Part shown: positions 1 through 12,952 of the stretch, piece by piece
How positions within the stretch are numbered: position 1 is the first letter of the stretch
How the letters are laid out: every line of letters starts with the position of its first letter
NCBI GenBank assembly: GCA_028534125.1
Contig: CM052817.1
Location: forward strand, 63,924,001-63,988,000
DNA: 64,000 nucleotides
Source of the DNA: Lama glama
Lineage: Eukaryota
Reading direction: 5' to 3'
Made by a program: the position numbers and the translations under genes
The notes under the pieces: generated by a model
Databases searched by the model: none
Told to the model about the DNA's origin: nothing
Seen by the model: the letters and a program-made list of their open reading frames with translations, nothing else

Positions 1-1194
1 ATATATTTAATAAGTATGCCCCAGAGATAGTTAACTCTTTAAGCTACTCAATCATAATGATTGATTGGACAGAGCAATATGTAAGTTTGACTTTAGAGTA
101 TGGAAAGTAACACATGTTTATTATGTTCATTTTCATAATTGTGACATAAATTGTGGTTCATTTAGAAAGCATAATGCTTTCTTTGTTTCGGATCTCAAGA
201 AACAAATACACACTGTGATTTTTAAGAACTAATTAAATTTAAACAAAACTAAATCAAATAAACATGGTAAGGAAAGCTCAAAGTGAATAAAAAAGATTTG
301 AAAAGGAATTGTATTAATCAATAATAGTATTTTAAGTGTCACTTGCTCTTAGATACAGCACTTAGGTTATCCACCATTGATATGAGACAAATAAGTGGCA
401 GGAAGTGCTCTGCGGAATAAATGTACTAGTTAGCTTACCATATTTTCAGTAACAGAAATAGAAAAAAGTAGCTTTTCCGTGTAAAACTAGAGACATTGTA
501 TATCAGAAGAGGCAGGATTCAAATATAAACTACTAGATTTGACTGTATATTGGAGTAGAGGGTTGTTTAACACAATTTCAACCATTCCAATATTAAACAG
601 AGTAAAGCTGATAAAAAGCTAGTTAGATTCCTTAATACAGATGTTGAAATAACAGTTCATGTCAACATTGGTATCAGTAATTCAGTTGAGTCACAAATTT
701 AATATAGCATATCTGATGCTACACTGCCAAATTCTAAGCTAGAGTAGATATGACTAAATATGGCTATCCTGAAAAATGTCACTACAATGATCAAGAATTA
801 TAAGAGTTTTGTGCTCAAAAAATTTTCACTAAGAGAAAATGTATACAAATAGTTTAGATAGTTTCCATGTAATTACTATGTCCTATATGGTAGATGATCT
901 AGTAGCAGTCAAGATTTATAATGCCTATTTTGGTAAATTCATGCTATGTAAATGTTCAGAGTTCATTAACATTTATTACTGTGCAATGCAACATGAATTT
1001 CAGCATAGAGTTACTTAATATGAGTCTATTCTTCCTGCTCCTTAAAAATCCAAATTCCTCTTTTTTAAAGAAACAATTAACACTTAGTGAATAATACACA
1101 GGCTGTTAAACACATCCAAATGAAATAATGTTAAGGATTATAAATCTTACATGAAGCTAAAGGACCCATATAAGATTAATTGTTACTATACTCA

Positions 1195-1495
1195 CAAGGA
1201 TGGAGAATTCAAATGCCTACTGGGGCAAGGAAGGCAAAGAAGTGTTGAATGGGAAATGGTGGACTGGAGATCACTCACCCTCACCCCTGGGTTTACTTTA
1301 CTCAGCCCCAATTGACTGTTGTTAGTTTGGGGTTTTTGTCTTTTCATTTTAAGAAAAGCTGAAAATCTAGACTTACATATGAAATCCTACAAGTTACTGA
1401 TATTGGTAACCAATTCAATTTTTTATAATTATGAATTGGCCACAATCCACTTGTTGATTAAAATCAGCCCGTAGGGAACTAGATTCCACTCTGCT
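1195..1495 (+). mobile_element. hAT-Charlie MITE, MER102-like
   Basis: Segments 'ttcaaatgcctactggggcaagg', 'aagctgaaaatctagacttacatatgaaatc' and 'ttggtaaccaattcaattt' follow the recalled MER102 consensus. Confidence 0.6.
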
Positions 1496-2959
1496 CTTAG
1501 TCTATCTATATCTTAGTCTAAGTATAAATAAATTAATATCTCCATATATAAATTTCTGCGTATACCTCCATATCTTGCAAAATCAAAGTCCAAAAGAAGT
1601 TTGATGAATGAGTTGGAATTTTCCATGCCTAGCTGTAGTACCATCATGATGAAATCATAATTTTCATAATTACAAGTGATTAGCAGAGACGTGATCTTTA
1701 CACAGACTCATAGTTCTGAAACTAGGATTGCTTAGGTCTGAAGGAATCTCTGAAATGCTGTGTAGGAAAGAGCAATTACTCATCTTTAGCTAGAATCTGT
1801 AATTACTGAAGAGCACTGAAACAAACAAAACATTTAATATTCAAGTTGAAGGAGATTCCTTACCAATAGCTTCAACAGTAGTGTTTCTTAAAGTTTGGCA
1901 TCTACACAGCCCTTAATGGGTAATCAGTGTACATGAATATCATCAAATTTAGGTAATTTTTAATGTATCTTTTAATTTTCTTAACAACAAAAAAAATCAT
2001 TTTTTAAAATTAGCACATAAAAAGTTTTATTTCAATGAGAAGGATAATTTTATTTGCAGTCTTTCACCAAGATAGCTTTATGCAGCTCAATGGTAGATAG
2101 CTTAATTTATAATTTAAGTTATATTTGCAATTGATTTCTCATGCTATCTTCTATTAAATTGGAAATTTTAAATTCACATAGATCATTGTAAATGGCACCA
2201 GTGTTTAGTGGCTGCCAGATGAGTCTAGATTTTCATATTAACACAAGTGGTCCAGAATTTATGGAGAGATGACTCACTGAAGACTATTTTTAGGACTCGA
2301 ATAGATAAGTTCTAACATTTTACAGCCAAAAGCTGGAAGGTTGGATGTTTCAAGTTGGAAGACAACAGCAAGCATATTTCTAACCCACTCTTGTTTTCAG
2401 GCCTCGAAATTATTTCTTCATGCTCTGTTGCAGCATTTGGATGTGGTTTATGTATTAGCTAAATAATGTATCATTAGTTTCTTTCTCCAGACTAAAAAAA
2501 AGACATTGAACTGGGAAAAGATCCAAATGTCAGTCTCAAGGTATTTGTATTTCAGTTTCATTGTCTTTAAAAATCCTGAGAAAATATTCTCAACATTAAA
2601 AAGCACAGTATTTTGGCTTGAAAACAATGAGTTTAGACCACTCGAGATACTAAGATATGCCACTTGAAAAGACCACATGAAATCATAATGGTCTTTACTG
2701 GCAGTAAATTTATATTTTATTTCAGTAGCTCATATGATCATCTGTCCCTTATCAGCATTCTTACTCTCGTGTGATCAAACAGTTATTTCCATTACTCATT
2801 TCTTCATTATCCATACTTAAAGCACACATACACACTGACTGCAAATTTGAATATATTCATACTTTTCACTTTTTAATTCAAATCCAATTTAAAATCGGAA
2901 AGCATACAATTGGTTACCAATTGTTTTTCATGAACAACACAGAGTATGGATTGCCACTC

Positions 2960-4478
2960 AGGTGGAATCTCTTTTACTTACATAATACTCTCCCACACTG
3001 TGAATATGGAAGGTGCTATGCATCCCATCCCAACAGTTCCATAAGTCTCAATTCAATATAGCGGCAACTCCAAGTGTGAAATTTCATCTAAATCTCAACT
3101 CAAAAGTCCCAAGCTGCATCATCTAAGTCATATAAATCAGGTATGACTGAGACTCTGGGTATGTTCCCTTGGAACAAAATTTCTCTCCACCTATGGACCT
3201 GTAAAACTAGAAAACAAGTTATCAGCTTCCCAAACACAATGGAGGGACAATTATAGGACACCAAACATAGACATTCCCATTCAGAAAGGGAGAAAATGGA
3301 AGGAAAATATGAGTCAGCCATCCCAAGCAATTTCAAAATCCTGTCAGGCAACTTCAGTTAGTTCTCAAACCCTGAGAATAATCCTCTATGGCTCACAGCT
3401 TCACCTTCGGGAGCCCAGGCTCCACCTTAGGAGTCAATCTCCCTTCTCATAAAGGGTAGCAATGTGCTTCCAGTCCAGGAGTTTTATCAGCCTGTTTCCA
3501 ACCTATAGAATCTGGTGTTCATTGTCTTCTTTCAGTTCTCCTCCTCTCTGTCCTTTTTAGTCCAAGCTGGCATTGCTTCTGCTGATGTAAAATTTTCATG
3601 AACCCTGTGGGTCTCCTCCATCGGATACAGGGATTCACTCCACAGAAGAGGGTCCTCCAAAAGTCTTTCCTAAATTATCTCAGCTCTATTTTTGGCTTCT
3701 GTGAGATGGCTGAAGGGACCCATGAGTCACACAACTACTCTCTTCAGAGAGACCTCTGTGTAACTAAATACTCAGATCCTTCCAAGCAAAAGATTGCTCA
3801 GTTACCTTAGAAAATCTTAGCTTTCTCTTCAGGTATGCTGTCCTGACAGTGAACCTCCTAATATTAGCATCTTTTTCAATCTGGATATTTCTTAAATCTT
3901 TAGTCCTTGTTCCTTTGACATGATAGTTCTTCCCTCAATTTATCTTTTTTCCTCTCACATTTCACTGTAAGCAGCAAGAAGAAACCTGAGTATACCTTCA
4001 ACACTTTGCATGTAAATCTCTTCAACCAAATATCCAAGAACATCTCTCACAAATTCTACCTTCCATATAATTGAGTAGGACACAATTCAGCTAAGCTTTC
4101 TACCACTATATAACAAGGATTTGCTTTCTTATAGTTTCCAATATGTTCCACATTTTCTTCTGATCCCTCACTTGCAGTGCTTTAATGTCCATATTTCTAC
4201 CAACTCTCTGTTTATGATGATTTAGTATTCTCTAAGATTTTTCTAGGTCTTTTCTACCATGCTTCTTATTTCCTTCTGAGCCCCTTCTGAGTCATAAGAT
4301 TCTTTAATATTCATATTTCTACTAACATTCTGTTCAAAACAACCTAAGCTCTTTCTATTATGTTTCTCAAAATTCTTCCAGCCTCAATTTTTCGATCACC
4401 CAATTCCAAAGCCACTTGTACACTACTTCCACATTTTTAGGTATCTGTTTCAGCAGCACCCCAATTTCAGGTACCATA
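2960..4478 (-). mobile_element. MaLR internal region (MLT1-int)
   Basis: Typical MaLR-int motifs such as 'caaagtccc...catcatctaagtca...aggtatgactgagactctgggtatg'; ends 'cagcaccccaatttcaggtacc' next to an LTR. Confidence 0.7.
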
Positions 4479-4479
4479 A

Positions 4480-4927
4480 TCTACACTGGTACCTATGGTT
4501 GCTCTAAAAATTTATGACAAGCTTAGTATATAAGATACACACACTTATTATTTTAAAATCACAGACATCAAAAGTCCTAAAATCAAGGTGTTGGCAGAGT
4601 TGCCTCTCTTTCAGAGAATCTAGGGGAAAATCTGTTTCCTTACCTTTCCAGTTATTAGAGGTTGCCTACATCTCTTGATTCACAACCATATATGATTCCA
4701 ACCTCTGCTTCCATCACTGCATTGCCTTCTCTGACTCTGACTCTCCTGCATCCTTCTTAAGAACAACTGTGGTTACACTGGGTCTGCCCAAATAATTCAG
4801 GATAAATCTGCCCATCTCAAAATACTTAATTAAATCTACAAAGGCCTTTTACCATGTGAAGTAACGTTCATAGGTTCTAGAGATTAGGACATGGACACCC
4901 TTGGAGGGTTATTATTATGCCTACCAT
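4480..4927 (-). mobile_element. MaLR LTR, MLT1D-like
   Basis: 'aaatcaaggtgttggcagag...gattaggacatggacacccttggagggttattattatgcctacca' is the reverse complement of the MLT1D-type LTR. Confidence 0.75.
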
Positions 4928-5269
4928 GCAAGGTTTGCCTCCTTGGGCCTCTTTTCTCCCCCAGTCATATCATGCTTGATAAATTTTTACTACCTTGTTA
5001 GCGCTGTAATATATTCCAGAAGATTTTTTATTCATTTTTTAACTGTCCTTAACTAGAAAATTCATCCAATTACCTACTCAGTATATTTTCTTAGTAAACT
5101 GTATTTTCAAAACCCTGTGAAAATAATTCAATACTTCAAGATTCCTGTCTTTAAAAACATTTTACTCTTTTTAGCTTTTTAATCTTATTGATGCTGTATG
5201 TAAAGTCTGTGCTTCTAAATTTTAATTCTAGACTGCTATGATCTTTGCATATATTCATTTCATTTACTT

Positions 5270-5410
5270 CTCATCATTATGACCTTAAAATTTATCATCT
5301 CATTTTACATATGAGTAATCTAAGCATTAAATAAGTTGAACAAGTTGTCTTAGTTCACACAGCTAGTAAGGACAAAAAAAAAAAACCAACCTAGGAATTA
5401 AACTTTTCAG
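5270..5410 (-). mobile_element. MIR SINE fragment
   Basis: MIR core 'ctcattttacatatgag...cacacagctagtaag'. Confidence 0.6.
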
Positions 5411-5519
5411 AGATACTAATAAATGTATCTTATATTTTAAAATAGACATTTTAAACCTTAGAATTTCCTTATTTCCTTGTGGAGATATAGATGCTACAAA
5501 ATTTTATTTCACCTATGTC

Positions 5520-6935
5520 ACCTGTTATTTCCTCCCCTTGTTTTGGGTTTGAATTTCTCTCCTTTTTTCTATCTCCTAAAGGTGGAAGTTGATTTCATTG
5601 ATTTTTATATATTTCTTCTTTTCTAACATAAACACTAATTCTACATATTACCCACTAAGTACTGTGTTAGCTCCACCCCACAAATACTGATAGGTTGTGT
5701 TTTCACTTTGATTCAGCTCGAAATATTTTCTAATGTTTCTCATGATTTTGTCTTTCATCCCAAGGTTTATTTAGAAGTCTGTTCATTAACTTCCAAATAT
5801 ATGACGATATCATTGTATGACTGGTTTCAGTTAAATGTGTTATGATCAAAGAGGATACTTTCTATGATTTCAGTATTTTTAAATATACTGAAACTTGTTT
5901 TATTGCCCATAATATGGTCTCTCCTGGTGAATGCCCTACGTGCACTTGCAAAGTTGTGTATTCTATGTTTTCAGGTGCCGTGTTCTATAAGTGTCTAACA
6001 GGTCAGGATGGCCAATAATACTGTTCAAGTCTCCTATATAAAGTCACTGATGTTTTATCCCCTGGTTCTATCAATTATTGAGTCTAGAGTGGTGAAATTT
6101 CTAGCTTTAACTGTGAATTTCTCTATTTCTCCATTCTATTCTTTCAATTTTTGTTTCATGTATTCTGAATCTCTATATTGCATATACACTTAGGATTACT
6201 GTGTCTTCTTAATGACTTCTTTCTTTTTTTATTAGAAAATGTCCCTCTTTATCTCTGGTCATATTCCATGTTCTCACATCTACTTTGTCTGATACGGCCA
6301 ACACAGTATTTTCTGTGCCGTTTGCATAGTATATCATTTTTCATTCTTTTATATTTAACCTGCATGGGTCTGTATAATTAAAGTGCAGTTTTTAGAGATA
6401 GCATAGTTGTTTCTTGCTTTTATATCCATACGACAATCTCTGAATTTTATTTTTATTAGACCATTTGCACTTAAAATAATTCTTGATATGTTGATGTTAA
6501 TCTATTATTGATATATGCATATTTTTTCTATTTTCTCCATTTGTACCATCTGTCCCTCAGTATTTTCTTCTCCCTTCCTGCATTCTTTTGGACTAGCTGA
6601 ATATTTTTTAATGATTCTACACTATCTACTACTGTCTTATTAGCTATTCCCCTTTGTTGTTTTTTTTTTAGTGGCTGCTCTAAATATCTTTAACATCATA
6701 GTCTACCTTCAAATAATAGATGGTACTACATGTATAGTCTAAAAATCTTATATCAGTACACTTCAATTTTCTTCATTCCTTCCTTTGAGTTGTTATTGTC
6801 ATACATTTTGCTTTTACATATGTCATAAACCCCCTAAACATTATTGTTAGTTATACTTTAGACAGTCAGTTATCTCTCAAAGAGGTGAGAAGTCTGAAAT
6901 ACTACTCATATTGATTCATGTATTTACCATTTCTG
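5520..6935 (-). mobile_element. Old L1M fragment (ORF2 endonuclease/inter-ORF region)
   Basis: T-rich antisense L1 motifs such as 'cccataatatggtctctcctggtgaatg' and 'ttctatcaattattgag'. Confidence 0.7.
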
Positions 6936-6939
6936 GCAT

Positions 6940-8560
6940 AGCAGGAGTCAGTGTCAAAGGAATCTGAGCATATGCAAATGATTTGTATCTCCTGAATATG
7001 TCGGAGTCTGGTCTTTTATATGCATTTCCACTTCATTATAATTACTGCTGCATTGTAATTACTGCTTCGTTATAATTACAACAACCTTATAGCTATTTGG
7101 TTAGAAAACACCCAATTCATGATAGCAAGCTACAAGGTCATTTGATGTCCCGTGATTAAGCATTCAGTTTCTATCAAGGCCCAGTAACAATCCAGAGCTG
7201 TTTCTCATTAAGAAAATAGTTACCTGCAGAAGAGGACATAAGAAGTGCTTGAAAGTCGTAGAGGTATGTACTCTTGTTCTTATATTGACACTTGCCAGAA
7301 GTTTCCCACAGCATCTCAATTTGCAACAGGCATCTCAAGTATAATCAAAACTGCTGAATCACAATGCCCAAGTGAAAGAGCAGCTTGCAATGCAGACTGG
7401 ACTTACCATAGAACCTTCTCTCACTCTAGTTTTCACTCAAAACAAGTCCCACTTATTAGTATCTCAGTAGATGGATCACAGGTATACACTAAAATGTGAC
7501 ACATATAGTCCCCCAAAACCATAAAGGCCGCCAAGAGTTGTGCCTCTCTTTCACAGTAGGGAGTGAAAGGAACAACAGCTTGTCTTTCACCTTGGAGGGG
7601 ATATCCTAACATGATCCAAACCACTAGATCCCCAGAAACTGCACTGAGGTGGGAGGCCTCTGAAATTTTACGGGGTTTATCTTCCACTTTCTGGTTCACA
7701 TATACCTTCCCAAGGCATATGAAGTTCCTGCTACTTCCTGCTCATCAAATCTAATGATCATAATGCTATCAATATAGTGAACCATGTTGTTTTGCTCCAG
7801 TAAAGATATTATATTTGAGACAGCAGCTTTAACCTGCATTACAACCTAATTAAGTTTATGATGATCACAGTCATTCTCCAAAATTCATCTGACTTCTCCA
7901 CAGATCAAATAGAAGAAATATAATAGGTTCCACCACCACTTTCAAGTCTTTTGATGGTGGCACTTATCTCCACAATTCCCTAAGAATTCAGTATTGCAAC
8001 TGGGTTAATACCTTGGCAGAGAAGGGAATTTCCAAGGACTTCCACTTAGCTCTTTCTACAATAATGGCCCATAACCCATATGTCAGAGAGTCAGTTTCTA
8101 AAATTATAAAAACAAGGCAAATCTGACAGACTGTGCCCTCTGTGAGTCTAACTTCATTCAGCTAACACTCCATCTACCAACCAACTAACATAACCTCCAC
8201 TTTCACTGTTGGACCACAGTGGCATTTTAGTCCCTAGGAATTAACATCAGTTCAAAGCAAGCAACTAGTATTCCTCACGTTTTCTTTTTCCCTAGGGTAC
8301 TCAAACAATTGGACCCAGACCTCACTGTAGAAGGCTTGAAAGAGGATTCATAGTACATTCTTCTGGCAATGTTGTTGGGTCTTTCTTTGAGGGACCTGCA
8401 TCACAATCCTCCACAAGTAATGGCTCAATGTGATGCCACTGCATGCCATAAATTACTAGTACAGTATTTCTCATAACAAGGAAATCAACACTGCTCAAGC
8501 CTAAGGATATGGCCAAACCAATCCAAATTTCATCTTTATTGGTACATCTTCCTGGTATTG
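6940..8560 (-). mobile_element. ERVL-class internal region (gag end/pol remnants)
   Basis: Minus-strand translation gives ERVL RT-like 'SVQFLGI*WFGSC*DIPSKVKDKL' (about 7580-7650) and gag/pro-like 'KKDPTTL' (about 8370); many stops and frameshifts. Confidence 0.7.
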
Positions 8561-8561
8561 A

Positions 8562-9313
8562 TCCTGGATTAGACAGGATCCAGTCAAGAGACAGAAGCTA
8601 CGTTAGTAATTTGAACAGGAAATATTTAGTGTAAAGATTTTTCAATTAGTAAAAGGTAGTCGTCCACTGAAAGTAGTAAAAGATGACTCTAAGGAATATA
8701 GTAATTGCTAATAGAAGAAGCATTTATTATCTCTAGGATTGAGGGAGAGTAAACATGGAAGGAACTAAGACTTTGCAAGAAGGCAACCTCAACAAACTAA
8801 GGCTGAGATTCTGACCTAATTGGAGAAGGTGTGGCTACAGCAAACTGAAGGGGTGGGAAAGTATGCCAGGTTCCAGAGGACTAGAGCAGCTTCCTAAGAA
8901 GCTGCCCACTGGAACACTCGTGGGCCAGCACTGGTCCTCCAGAAACCACTCCCTGGTGCATGGGTAGGCCTAAAGCTGATCTGCAGGAAACTGTCCACTG
9001 ATGCAGTAGGAAGCTGAGGCTGGTTCTCAGCCTGCTGGGTACCTGAGAAGCTAGTGGAGAGTGAGAACCACTAGTCCTGCACACTGCTGACATCATGTCA
9101 CAGAAGGAAGAAAACGCACACCAGAATCAGGAAGAGAAGCCCCTTCCCCAGCTATTCCTAGCTCTGTCCAACCAGTACCACCTATTGGCAAAATCTAACA
9201 TCATGCCAGTTGGCAAAGAAGAAATGTGTACCTATCCAACGCTTACATCACAAAGCAGGGCAAGAAAAAAAATAAATTTGGAGCTGTGAGATAAAAGATC
9301 TATGGCTGGCATA
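8562..9313 (-). mobile_element. ERVL-class LTR (subfamily uncertain)
   Basis: Abuts the ERVL internal region; 'ggatccagtcaagagacagaagctac...atttgaacagg' resembles old ERVL LTR ends. Confidence 0.5.
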
Positions 9314-9559
9314 TAGGGAGCCAAGAGGGGGAGTCTGATGAATATCCCCTATTTTGAAGCTAAATTACTGGAGGTCCAAAGACAAATTGTAAAAACATTA
9401 TCAGTAAGACATTTTGATTTGTCTCTCTTCCTCCAAGAGATGAAACACCTTTTGTCAGAACCTGTGGCAAACAGCTAAGCCAAATCAGAAGAAAATGAAG
9501 TCTTAAAAACTCTAGTATTAATTAAGAGGACATCAGAATTACAGGTATAAGGTAAGACC

Positions 9560-10870
9560 GTGCAAAATGGGACATGTGGATCCTAGAAGCAAACCAAAAA
9601 CCTACCATAATTTAGTAAGTGATGAAAGTAGCATCTAAAAATGGTGGGCAAATGAAAGAATTTTTCCTATAAATGAATCAAAATATGATTTTTAATAAAG
9701 CCACAGAAGTACTAGAATAAACCATGTGATAAGTATTTTAGAACAGGAGAGAATGGAAGGCATTTTAAATTATGATATAAAACTTCAAAACCATAAAAAG
9801 GAACAGGGAAATTTGATCATGAAAATATCAAAAACACCTGTACCATAAAAATTATCATAAGCAAAGTCAAATGGAAAACTAGGAAATAATATTTGCAATT
9901 CAATCACAAAAGGGCAAACTATGATATATACAAAGTTCCTGTAAAACTGTAAAAAAAAAAAAAACAAACCCTAATTTTAAATAGGATACCAAATAAAAGT
10001 ATACAAATAGTTGTTAGCTATATGAAAAGGTGCACAATTTTTCATAATAAGAGAAATGAACTGAGATTCCATTTTTAACCTATAAAATTAACAAAGATTT
10101 AAAGTTTGGATATACACCACTTTGCTGACCATAGGGTAAATAGGAGTGCTCACATATTTCTGGTGAGAGGGTAAATTTATACAATCTCTGTGAAAAGCAG
10201 TTTGGAAATATCCATCGTAATTGCAAATGCACATATCCTAAATGTACAGACAGAATTATACATATGAAGAAGCAAATACAAGGTTATTAATTTCAGCATT
10301 GTTTAAAATAGCAAAAGACTGAAAAATAACAACGATTTGACATTGTATGGAACCAGCAGAGTAAAGCATGATTTACTTATGATGCAGTGCTATATAGCTG
10401 TTTTTAAAAAAGAATATTCTTTGTGAACTGATACGAGAAATATCTACATTTATTGTTAAATTTTTAAGAAATGTTTCAGAAGAGCATCTAGAGTCTTACC
10501 CTTTTCTATAAAAACAAACACAAAACAGTAAAATGTGTACTTGCATTATGTGTGCGTAAAATTTTTCAAGAAGTAAATGCTGGAAACTAACATAGGTGGT
10601 TTACTTATTGGGGTGGGTTTTAAGATATGGACAAATAGGAAAAAGTAGGAGAAGGAAGACTTTCCACTATGTGCATTTCTAAATATGTACTGATTTTGAA
10701 CCATGTGAAATGCATTGTGTATTCAACATTCTTTTAATTTATTTTTATAAAGAAATTAGAAAGAAAATTAACAACATAGTAAACCAAAAGTTTAAAAAAG
10801 GAAAATTAATGTAAAAAAATATTTGAGATAATCAAAGATCCAAAAGCTGGCTCTTTGGAAAGATTAATGT
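9560..10870 (+). mobile_element. L1ME-type 3' end (ORF2 C-terminus/3'UTR)
   Basis: 'ctcacatatttctggtgagagggtaaatttatacaatctctgtg...cagtttgg' and 'gattttgaaccatgtgaaatgcattg'. Confidence 0.65.
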
Positions 10871-11639
10871 AATGTATTTTTATAATTTTTTTTTAAATCC
10901 TGAGATTTAAAATGTTAATGATGCACAGATTAATTTGAGCTTAAAGGTGAATGAATATATGATACATAAATATGACTGAAAAATTTCTTCCTGACGAGGA
11001 GGAAACTCTCACAGCATTTAGAGTCCCTGGAACACTACTAAAATGTAGAATCAGAACAACTAGAAAGACTCCCCAAAAATATATAAGTGAGGCCCCTACC
11101 AACCCTAATGACTCAAAAGCTAGGGATAAAGTTATGTTTTCTTTAAAAATGCATGGTTCTAATGAACATCCTACATTAAGAACAACTGCACTGGGGAATG
11201 TACAGAGCAAGGGGGCGGAAGGAGTAACTCTCAAGGCTGGAAAGGATGAAGCAATATATTATAATCTGACCTGGTTTCTCATGGCTTTCTCTTTTAACTC
11301 ACAAGATAAAAGAAGATAAAATAAGTACAAGAATGTGCAGACGAGCTCTAGATTCTTGAGAATAATGAGGCTGTATCCTGGATAAGAGTTCATATAATTA
11401 GAGATAGCAGTAAAGCAATTAATCCTAGCTGAAGAACAAAATTTCTGTTAAACTAGAAATGGAAAGAGCAAGTACAGTTCTATGTAGCCTTTTTTAAATA
11501 TAACAAAGCAAAAGAAAGCACACATGGAAAGTTCTAAGTTCTTTTTTCTCTTAAAGCAGGATTTGTAGAAACAAACTAGTTAAACAAATGTTAAATAAGA
11601 ATTGAGTTCATGGGGTACTCTCCATGTCTACAACAGCTC

Positions 11640-11760
11640 CTGGACTTGAGGTTTTAGAATAAAATGGATCTGGATCAGAATATCAGGCCCATCATTTATG
11701 AGCTGTAAAACCTTGGCTAAACTTTAGTTTCCTCAGCTTTAAAAAAAAGGATAACACTAA
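11640..11760 (+). mobile_element. MIR fragment
   Basis: 'ccatcatttatgagctgtaaaaccttggc...tttcctcagctttaaaa'. Confidence 0.5.
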
Positions 11761-11761
11761 A

Positions 11762-12948
11762 AGGAACTAGGGTTCAATTAAGAAATGCTGATTATCTGTC
11801 TTATAAGGATGAGCTTGGAACATCTTAGTACACCAGAAAGAAAGAAAGGGATCAAAGATCGCTAGGTGTGAATAAAAAGAACTCAGGAGCTAAGTCAGAT
11901 TAGGCTCCTAACTGCCAGGAATGGAAAATGTTGGGCAGCAATAAGAATACTGATTAAACACACATAATACATTTAACTCCATGAATTCATAATGATATTT
12001 TTCAAAAAAATCATTGGACACTATCAGAGGATGCTAAGCAACAACACACTGTTGAAAAATGGTAAATAAAAGGAATAAATCAAGCATTTATATTGACTTT
12101 TCTATATGAACTATGCCACAGCATAACCAAACAGTTGTATGTATTTCAACTAATAAACAATGTGGAACATTATAGAGTATCACAATTTTGCAGCCCCTAA
12201 TAAATACCTAGATCTAGATTATGATCATCAATGGCCACCAATATCACAAAAAATAGAGTAGATATTACATACCTCCTGATGGAAGTACACAGTACCACCT
12301 ATGAAGCAGTCTTGCCAAAAGGACTGAACCATAATCAGTCTAAGTACTAATTTGTAGAAAGTGCAAAGGTCTAAATACTAATTTGGTACCAAGTACTAGG
12401 TCTAAGTACTAATTTATAGAAAGTACAAGAGACAAAGAAACATTAAAGGATACCATAGGGAAATACTCAGCAAAGCCAAACTGTGGGAAATTTAAGAGAA
12501 AAATAACATTTTTTCCCAATAAATATGTAAAGATATGGAAAGAAAGCCTATGTATTAAAAGAAAGTTAAGAGCTATATCAATCAATTATAATGTATGACT
12601 CTTACTTGAATTCTTATAGAAATAATTTTTTTAAAATATAAGACAACTTGGAAAATTTGAACAAATGACTAGTTGAGGATATTAAATTATTTTCATTTTG
12701 TAGGTATAATAATGGGATTGTAATTCTTTTTAAGTATATTGAAATTTACAGATTAAAATATACATTATTTGGAAATTGCATCAAAACCATTCAAGAGGGA
12801 GAATACAGAGATAAATGTGATTGACTATGAGCTGAAAATTAGTGAAGCTGGGTGATGGGTAAGTGGTAACTCATTATAATAGTCTCTTCACTTTTGTATA
12901 TTTTTTATATTGTTCATATTAAGTTTTTTTTAATTTTAAAAAAAAAAA
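11762..12948 (+). mobile_element. L1MC-type 3'UTR with poly(A) tail
   Basis: 'aggatgagcttggaacatctt', 'cctcctgatggaagtacacagtaccacctatgaag' and 'gaagctgggtgatgggt'; A-run at 12938-12948. Confidence 0.7.
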
Positions 12949-12952
12949 GTTA

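Noticed and set aside
10941..11319. Overlapping 97-aa and 115-aa ORFs
   Set aside because: No recognisable protein or splice context; they overlap a probable MER5-like fragment
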